DNA of 32,000 nucleotides, from the NCBI GenBank assembly GCA_025839675.1, contig CP104013.1:5700001-5732000 (forward strand). Direction: 5' to 3'. The notes beneath the pieces are model-generated. The model did no database searches, was not told where the DNA came from, and saw only the letters and a program-made list of their open reading frames with translations. The position numbers and the translations under genes were made by a program. The stretch comes from Candidatus Lokiarchaeum ossiferum (GTDB lineage: Archaea > Asgardarchaeota > Lokiarchaeia > Sigyniarchaeales > Promethearchaeaceae). This document shows, in pieces, positions 27,501-32,000 of the stretch (position 1 is the stretch's first letter; each line of letters begins with the position of its first letter).

Positions 27501-27845
27501 AGTGCAGTTGATTATTTCAGCATAAACTCTTGAATTCGAAATTAAAATTCCATTTCCAGCACCTAAACAATCAATTTCAAAATCCCTAATTATATAGGGA
27601 TCTCCATAAATACCACTTCCCGTTTTATCTGCAAAATTTGTCCAATTCGAAGGAGAATTCTCAGTAATATAGATCGGTAAATGAGTGATGCTTGATTTGG
27701 GTTTTAAAGTAATTGGGTTTAAATCAACCTCATCAAAATTATTTGAAATTTTCAATAATTGTGCTCCTCCTCCAAAGGAAAAGACGCATATTATTGATAA
27801 CGAGAGTAAAATTGTTTTTATTTTTATCTTTTTCATTTTAATCAT
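24582..27845 (-). CDS. Secreted/anchored right-handed parallel beta-helix (PbH1/NosD-like repeat) protein with two FN3-like domains and a C-terminal TM anchor
   Basis: 1087-aa ORF. The signal peptide is KIKTILLSLSIICVFSFGGGA. More than 25 tandem ~22-23-aa repeats follow, of the form N-x-I-x-x-N-x-(I/V)-x-x-N-x-x-x-G-I-x-L (e.g. NNTITENKVNANHASGIYLFISDNNNVSGNTA). Two FN3-like modules follow (VVIQWNEVQNISKYNVYINGI... and LEISWNPVEGALWYLIYVDGI...YVYIKAVNENGYSVES). The C-terminus is PGTWLGAGGMLIAIAAMVLMMSKMKNK. N-x-S/T sequons are very abundant. Confidence 0.85.
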   Translation of the reverse strand: MIKMKKIKIKTILLSLSIICVFSFGGGAQLLKISNNFDEVDLNPITLKPKSSITHLPIYITENSPSNWTNFADKTGSGIYGDPYIIRDFEIDCLGAGNGILISNSRVYAEIINCTIINCGLESGNGGIRLYNSTNILINNCTTSSNDEHGIILDDSHNNTIVDNIVETNSYHGISLRNSNNNSIERNNVDANQIYGITLDNSHSNSINRNNVSNTISDHGIYINNSENNTITENKVNANHASGIYLFISDNNNVSGNTANENLFDNGIRLYHSNKNNISNNIFNQNEDGIYAESSDNNIISNNSINSNSENGIYLYNSDYNDILENTVFNQSLYGIRLYSGLNNTLFENTIINNTLSGLRLYNSNISIVSANILRDNNENGMIFEISNNNTVYDNSIECNLLDGLRLTSSVNNSISDNVINNNSYGVYLSSSNNTSIYMNNVGHNDNAGLYVHESDENNISTNVFEFNNIIGISLFDSHNNSILENEASTNQNKGIFLFLSDDNEIIGNDISNNLDLISTTTIIEGDGIFLSQSHRNKIINNNLEDHDGSGISLFDSDKNNISDNIATLGNVGIILYNSDFTDLIGNEVNSNKYSGIMIYLSLNISVNGNLLDKNGGDGIYIYQSKNCTISNNTLSNHSQNGIYILYGENNTFTMNTIENSMEFGIRLISSGHNTFSENILENCGFYVGSSVNNSIFQSNLVNNNPLLYYENQEQILLNGLVNSAGQIILINCDRFIITNYSFTNCSIGIALTNTNHSLIINNILSDMSNQGILLTDSNNNKINANILQNNNKTGVSILLDSSENVIWMNNFVGNGETQAIDDGTNNHWDNGNYGNYWDDYYVRYYNVTQKVGDVWGISYAISGTSGDVDNYPLISGIYPDKPIIITVNQEINTQNVVIQWNEVQNISKYNVYINGIFTLTTQLTSALLSLGSDGNYSITVTSESVLTESSFSAPVIITVKLLPEIPLLITESQHIFTSSLEISWNPVEGALWYLIYVDGILNDTTSDLSIEISFDHDGEFYVYIKAVNENGYSVESDSIYILVGSTSPDEDSLASWFNNPGTWLGAGGMLIAIAAMVLMMSKMKNK

Positions 27846-28107
27846 GAAATTCCGATTTTTTCTGATAAATTTAATAAGAATTTAAAAATATCCATCCTCT
27901 TAAAAAATAAGCAGAAATTATTTAATTCTTAACTCTCACTTCTCCCTTGTTATAATAAATATTTTCTAAAAATCGAAAAAGATTGTAGCTATACACTTGC
28001 CATCTCAGGCACTTATCCATCTTTAAATTAACTTAATTGCCGTTTTTGTCAATTTTTTAGGCATAATTCATAAGTGATGCTCTATTTTACCATAAAACCA
28101 TTCTCTT

Positions 28108-28275
28108 AGTGAAAAACAATTCTTTCAAAATTGGTTTTTTCCAACAGAGGGAGAAAATTTTTATGGGAAACGAATGATGTTTGAAGTATTCCTCGATCGA
28201 TTTCGATTGATTGGGGCTTTTACTTTATTCTCTGCCATTTCACCTTATGGAAGATCAAGGCGTTACCGTTATTAA
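28108..28275 (+). repeat. 168-nt direct repeat, copy 2 (start-less C-terminal gene fragment)
   Basis: It encodes SEKQFFQNWFFPTEGENFYGKRMMFEVFLDRFRLIGAFTLFSAISPYGRSRRYRY then TAA. An in-frame TAA sits at 28093-28095, and there is no upstream start or N-terminal TM region. Confidence 0.8.
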
Positions 28276-28383
28276 CTTCAATGGGTGTAGACATATCAAT
28301 CCATTTTTTTCCTTGGCTCAACCATAAAGTATTAATGCGATTTCATCTCATTTCAATTATAAATCTTTGAAGATTTAAGAAAT

Positions 28384-29445
28384 ATGACAAAAATTCCTGT
28401 AAATTCGCATAGCTCTCCAGATCACTCACAAGTTATGGAAAAGAATAGTCCCAAAATTAATTCTCAAGACCAGAGTTATTCCATTTCCATGAAATCCGAT
28501 TTGCAACCTCTTTTCTATTTGGGTTTAATTATTTTCGGGATTTTTTCAATTATTTTTCTTGTGGATGACTCCTCAGATGTACTCGTAGAATTACCGTGGC
28601 TTCCCACCTTGCTAATTTTCTGTTTGGTAGGTAGTTTTATTGGACTTTTATTTTGGAAAATCACAAAGGTACTCATATTTTCTGCTGAAACGGGGAAAAT
28701 AAGATTGCGCATCCAACGTTTTAACATTACTTTATATTCTCGTAATTTTTTAATTGAGGATTGCATCAAATTTGATATTCAGTTTTTTCCTCAAAGGAAT
28801 GCTTCTTATTTAGTTCTCCAAAATATCGAAAAAAAACCAATTAAGTTGCAAATAAAAAAAAAAACCGATGAAGTCAATATACATTTAATCGCTTTAAACA
28901 ACATTCTTTTCTCAATTAAAGGTGAAAAATATCCCTCTTCTGTTCAAAAGATTGAAAAAATAGCAATTGATGAAGAGAATTGTGAATTTGACCGAAAAAG
29001 AAAGATCAGTCGGGATTTTAATAACCAAATCGTAATGTCAACAAAATATCATAAATTTGTTGCCGTTACACTTCTTTTCATTCCTTTCGCCGTTGCATAT
29101 GCTACTTACTTAATATACTCTTCAGAACCACTCAATGATGCTTTTTCCTTATCTTTCTTTTCTACAAATCTCTTGTTTGCCTTGAATTTTATGGTCATCA
29201 TCTATGTACTATTTATAGGGATTCGAGTTACAGATCCTCATACGGGAAGCCAAAACGAAATTTTAAGTGGTAGTCCCCTCTTTAATACTCCTAATTTTCT
29301 ACAAAATATTGTAAGTGTGGTAAAAACAACATATATTGAACCAGAGCAAGTTAAAACATATAAAAAAATTAGATTGGGGCTAATAATCACTGGGTTTATT
29401 CCCACTTTTGCATTTTTTGTGTTTTATTTGTTTTACCTATTGTAA
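28384..29445 (+). CDS. Hypothetical polytopic membrane protein
   Basis: 353-aa ORF. Hydrophobic helices include LFYLGLIIFGIFSIIFLV, LPTLLIFCLVGSFIGLLFW, FVAVTLLFIPFAVAYATYLIY, LLFALNFMVIIYVLFIGI and LGLIITGFIPTFAFFVFYLFYLL. A ~150-aa soluble insert follows the first TM pair. I recognise no family. Confidence 0.55.
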   Translation: MTKIPVNSHSSPDHSQVMEKNSPKINSQDQSYSISMKSDLQPLFYLGLIIFGIFSIIFLVDDSSDVLVELPWLPTLLIFCLVGSFIGLLFWKITKVLIFSAETGKIRLRIQRFNITLYSRNFLIEDCIKFDIQFFPQRNASYLVLQNIEKKPIKLQIKKKTDEVNIHLIALNNILFSIKGEKYPSSVQKIEKIAIDEENCEFDRKRKISRDFNNQIVMSTKYHKFVAVTLLFIPFAVAYATYLIYSSEPLNDAFSLSFFSTNLLFALNFMVIIYVLFIGIRVTDPHTGSQNEILSGSPLFNTPNFLQNIVSVVKTTYIEPEQVKTYKKIRLGLIITGFIPTFAFFVFYLFYLL

Positions 29446-29490
29446 AAATCTTTTTTTTTCTTAAAGTACACATTTTTTGACATTTTTAAT

Positions 29491-30432
29491 TTGGAATTAT
29501 CCTCCTCTTCAGTGAATTGCAATTCAACTGCACTAAAATTTTCTTATAGGTCAACATCGAATATGTTTGTTATAGGATTGAAAATTATGAAATTCAAATT
29601 CACATACATATTCGGTTTAGTGGGATATGGTCTTTGGTTAGTCTATTGTATTGTAATGACTGTTAATTCCTCAGGAGACCCTGTTGCATTTTGGCATCTC
29701 TCAGAAAAAGTCACTTCATTGCTTCTCTTGTTAGTGTGGCCTTTGTTTGTTTCCGTTGCATTTTTGTTTTTTGCAGTAAAAGTGATCGCCCCTATTTTCT
29801 TAAAAATTAAGATGAAATTTCAAAAACAGCACTCCTTTGCCTATTTGCCCCAACAAGATAATATCATGGAACCAAAAGTTATGTACGTGCGATTATTCCA
29901 ACTTTTTTTGTTGACCTTAGGCTTGGTAGATGCATTGATCAATGTAGGGATTTTGTTACCCGAAAATTTCATCACTCAAGTTACTATTGATGAGTGGATA
30001 TTCCGTGGGATAGATCCTCGTTTTCATCCAGTCGTTCTTGGAAAAATGCTTTCATTAATTATTCCGATTGCATCGGGACTCTGGATAGTAAGCTGGGTGT
30101 TAGAAGATTTAGGGGTCCTTCAATTTAAATTACCCGAATCCAGCACTCAATCGGAACTCTATGAAATCCAACCTACACATAAAATTTATTCCTCATTAAT
30201 TTCTGGATATGGAGGATTTTCATCTCTACTATTCTATATCGGGTTTATAATTTATTATTTCACCGATTATTCAGAAAGTGGTGGCAATTTTGCCGATTTA
30301 TTTATGGTTTTGATAATGGGATTAAGTGCTTTGTCAATTTTGCCTGTCTATTTCATTTATTGGAAAATTAAAAAGGAATCCATCATTGTTGGATTGAAAC
30401 AAGCCCCACAATTGACACAATCGATTCTTTAA
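29491..30432 (+). CDS. Hypothetical polytopic membrane protein
   Basis: The ORF track starts at a TTG at 29491. ATG 29563 or ATG 29587 (MKFKFTYIFGLVGYGLWLV) is a more plausible start. Multiple hydrophobic helices are present and I recognise no family. Confidence 0.55.
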   Translation: MELSSSSVNCNSTALKFSYRSTSNMFVIGLKIMKFKFTYIFGLVGYGLWLVYCIVMTVNSSGDPVAFWHLSEKVTSLLLLLVWPLFVSVAFLFFAVKVIAPIFLKIKMKFQKQHSFAYLPQQDNIMEPKVMYVRLFQLFLLTLGLVDALINVGILLPENFITQVTIDEWIFRGIDPRFHPVVLGKMLSLIIPIASGLWIVSWVLEDLGVLQFKLPESSTQSELYEIQPTHKIYSSLISGYGGFSSLLFYIGFIIYYFTDYSESGGNFADLFMVLIMGLSALSILPVYFIYWKIKKESIIVGLKQAPQLTQSIL

Positions 30433-30474
30433 AATGAAATATTTTTCTTTCTTCTATCAATTTTTTAAAATTAT

Positions 30475-31062
30475 TTAAGTTATTTTATTAGTATAGGCAA
30501 TTTTATAGTCTATTTTTCCTTCTGAATCCTTTTGAACTTCAATTTTAGTTATCGAATGAAAATCAATCTGAAACTTGAAGGAATCTTTTAAATGAATTTT
30601 GTTCAAATAAGCCAATATCGAGCGAATTGAACCTCCATGGGCAATCACTACTATGTTTTTTTGTGTTTCTTTACTAATTTTTTCCCAAAATTCAACTGAT
30701 CGAGCATATAATTGAAGGTAAGATTCTCCATTGGGTGTTTGAACTTCAACAAAATTGTCTGCCCAATTTCTGAACGCTTTGATTTTTTCCAAATCTTTCC
30801 AAGGGATCATCTCCCAATCTCCAAAATTCATTTCACAAAGTCTTGCATCCACGATTGGTTGGTCTTTTGTTAATTGGTTAACCAATTTAAGACATCTATG
30901 GGAAGGGCTAGAATAATACACAACATTTTTTATATTGGCCAAATGCTTTTTAACAAATTTCACTTCATTTTCAAAAGAACTTGCAAGAGGAACATCCGAA
31001 ATTCCATAACATGTGGATTCCTTAAGATCAACTTTAGTATGGCGAATTAAAAAAATGTTCAT
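30475..31062 (-). CDS. cobC: Histidine phosphatase superfamily protein, alpha-ribazole phosphatase (CobC)-like
   Basis: 195-aa ORF. IFLIRHTKV carries the RH of the RHG motif and VVIAHGGSIRSILAYL the second catalytic His. Its ATG overlaps the stop of the cobY-like gene (ATGA at 31059-62). The functional call rests on the operon context with cobY/cobS. Confidence 0.6.
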   Translation of the reverse strand: MNIFLIRHTKVDLKESTCYGISDVPLASSFENEVKFVKKHLANIKNVVYYSSPSHRCLKLVNQLTKDQPIVDARLCEMNFGDWEMIPWKDLEKIKAFRNWADNFVEVQTPNGESYLQLYARSVEFWEKISKETQKNIVVIAHGGSIRSILAYLNKIHLKDSFKFQIDFHSITKIEVQKDSEGKIDYKIAYTNKIT

Positions 31063-31730
31063 GGGTAATCATCAACCTTTTTTTTTTCATCTAAGAAAGA
31101 TACATATCGGTAATAATCATCTGCGGTATTAATATTGAGCAGCAAATCCACATTTTCAGTGATATACTCTATCTGATCAATAAAGGATTCTCGGATTAAT
31201 TTACCATTTAATATGTTTATGCCGATTGAGAATAGTTTGTTTCCATATTTATCAATAAATGCATTATTTCTATCCGTTGGAATAGTACTATTTTTTATGG
31301 CTCGTTCCCAATCCATCATTACTGCCAATGCGGGTTTCTTTTCCTCAAAAAATTTTTGAACTATTGAATTCAAGAAGGAAGGGTGAATTGTCGGTAAGTC
31401 CGCAGTTAAAATTAATACATTCGAGAGATTGTAAGTCTCAATAATAAATTTCAAATCTGAATGAAAATCTTTGCCCGGTGTGCTTAGGATTTCAATTTTA
31501 GGATTATTTTGTGATTTTAAATATTGGTATGTTTTGGGAGTGTGTGGAGAGGTCGCAATATAGATTTTAGCAAGACTTTCGGAATTTAATGCAACTTTGA
31601 TGATCACATCGATTAATCGCGTTTTCTTTACTTGGATGAGTGGTTTTTCTTTGATGGCTTGATCAATCTGATTGAAATCAAATCTTGAGGCTTTCCCACC
31701 TGCCATAATTATGCAATCGATTTTTTCCAT
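31059..31730 (-). CDS. cobY: MobA-like NTP transferase, adenosylcobinamide-phosphate guanylyltransferase (CobY)-like
   Basis: 223-aa ORF. CIIMAGGKASRF...EKPLIQV matches the NTP_transf_3 glycine-rich loop and LILTADLPTIHPSFL the downstream region. It sits between cobS and the cobC-like gene. Confidence 0.6.
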   Translation of the reverse strand: MEKIDCIIMAGGKASRFDFNQIDQAIKEKPLIQVKKTRLIDVIIKVALNSESLAKIYIATSPHTPKTYQYLKSQNNPKIEILSTPGKDFHSDLKFIIETYNLSNVLILTADLPTIHPSFLNSIVQKFFEEKKPALAVMMDWERAIKNSTIPTDRNNAFIDKYGNKLFSIGINILNGKLIRESFIDQIEYITENVDLLLNINTADDYYRYVSFLDEKKKVDDYP

Positions 31731-31742
31731 TTAATATCGTGC

Positions 31743-32000
31743 TCATGTTGTAACTAGTGTTTGAATAATGATTATGGTAATTAGGTTTGCTAAACGGATT
31801 ATTTCATGGATTGCCCCTAAGCAATCTCCTGTTAACCCCCCAAAATGCTTGTTTGAAATCTTATTTAGAATGAAAAGAACACCATATGTTGTGAGTAATG
31901 CTCCTCCTAAAAAAATTAGTATTTCAGAGATGGATAATAGCGCTATAGTATTAGTGATAGGAAATATTCCTACGATAATAAATAATATCGAATTGATTCC
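31743..32000 (-). CDS. cobS: Cobalamin (adenosylcobinamide-GDP ribazoletransferase) synthase CobS, C-terminal part; the gene continues beyond the window
   Basis: This ORF is not in the track because it has no start in the window. My translation of the minus strand from 32000 is GINSILFIIVGIFPITNTIALLSISEILIFLGGALLTTYGVLFILNKISNKHFGGLTGDCLGAIHEIIRLANLITIIIIQTLVTT, then TGA at 31743-31745. The GGxTGDxxGA motif and polytopic hydrophobic character fit CobS/CobV. Confidence 0.7.
   Translation of the reverse strand, partial: GINSILFIIVGIFPITNTIALLSISEILIFLGGALLTTYGVLFILNKISNKHFGGLTGDCLGAIHEIIRLANLITIIIIQTLVTT

Noticed and set aside
1-32000. Searched by eye for CRISPR arrays, tRNA and rRNA genes in all intergenic regions (6543-7035, 8683-9199, 12120-12269, 12891-13064, 13714-14348, 20580-21435, 22294-22556, 23397-23782, 24317-24581, 27846-28383).
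   Set aside because: There are no regularly spaced short repeats, no GC-rich cloverleaf-like segments with T-arm GTTC(R)ANYC signatures, and no rRNA-like conserved blocks. A covariance-model scan (tRNAscan-SE, Infernal/Rfam) would be needed to be definitive.

Overview
This is a very AT-rich, gene-dense 32-kb window. It reads as archaeal rather than bacterial: a CobY-type cobamide salvage gene, a heliorhodopsin, giant Asn-X-Ser/Thr-rich surface proteins, and TATA-like boxes about 25 nt upstream of some start codons. The lineage cannot be fixed from this sequence alone. Layout: (i) 56-6542, minus strand, is a tight five-gene cluster. Its core is a Gabija-like pair (OLD-family ATPase/TOPRIM GajA-like plus UvrD-type GajB-like). 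Upstream are two proteins with nuclease motifs (a C-terminal Mrr-like PD-(D/E)xK and an N-terminal GIY-YIG), and downstream is a stand-alone class III nucleotidyl cyclase. This is my best candidate for an undescribed composite defence system. (ii) 7036-8682 is a divergently oriented, free-standing GIY-YIG homing-endonuclease-like gene. (iii) 9200-12119 is a visibly GC-richer two-gene cassette: FAD oxidase plus Fe-S/CCG protein (GlcD/GlcF- or Dld/HdrD-like). (iv) 12270-14128 holds a hypothetical gene, a VapBC (AbrB + PIN) pair and a frameshifted zinc-ribbon ORF. (v) 14349-23396, minus strand, holds a 2076-aa membrane-spanning surface protein, a CBS-pair protein and a heliorhodopsin. The cytoplasmic tail of the giant protein carries a longin/roadblock-like module that recurs at the C-terminus of the CBS protein. 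(vi) 23462-28275 is a rearranged region. A 1087-aa beta-helix/FN3 surface protein is bracketed by two 168-nt direct repeats that encode the C-terminus of a small 4-TM protein; the first copy follows an in-frame TGA. (vii) The window ends with two polytopic membrane proteins and a cobC-like/cobY/cobS cobamide salvage operon that runs off the end. I saw no rRNA, tRNA or CRISPR array.
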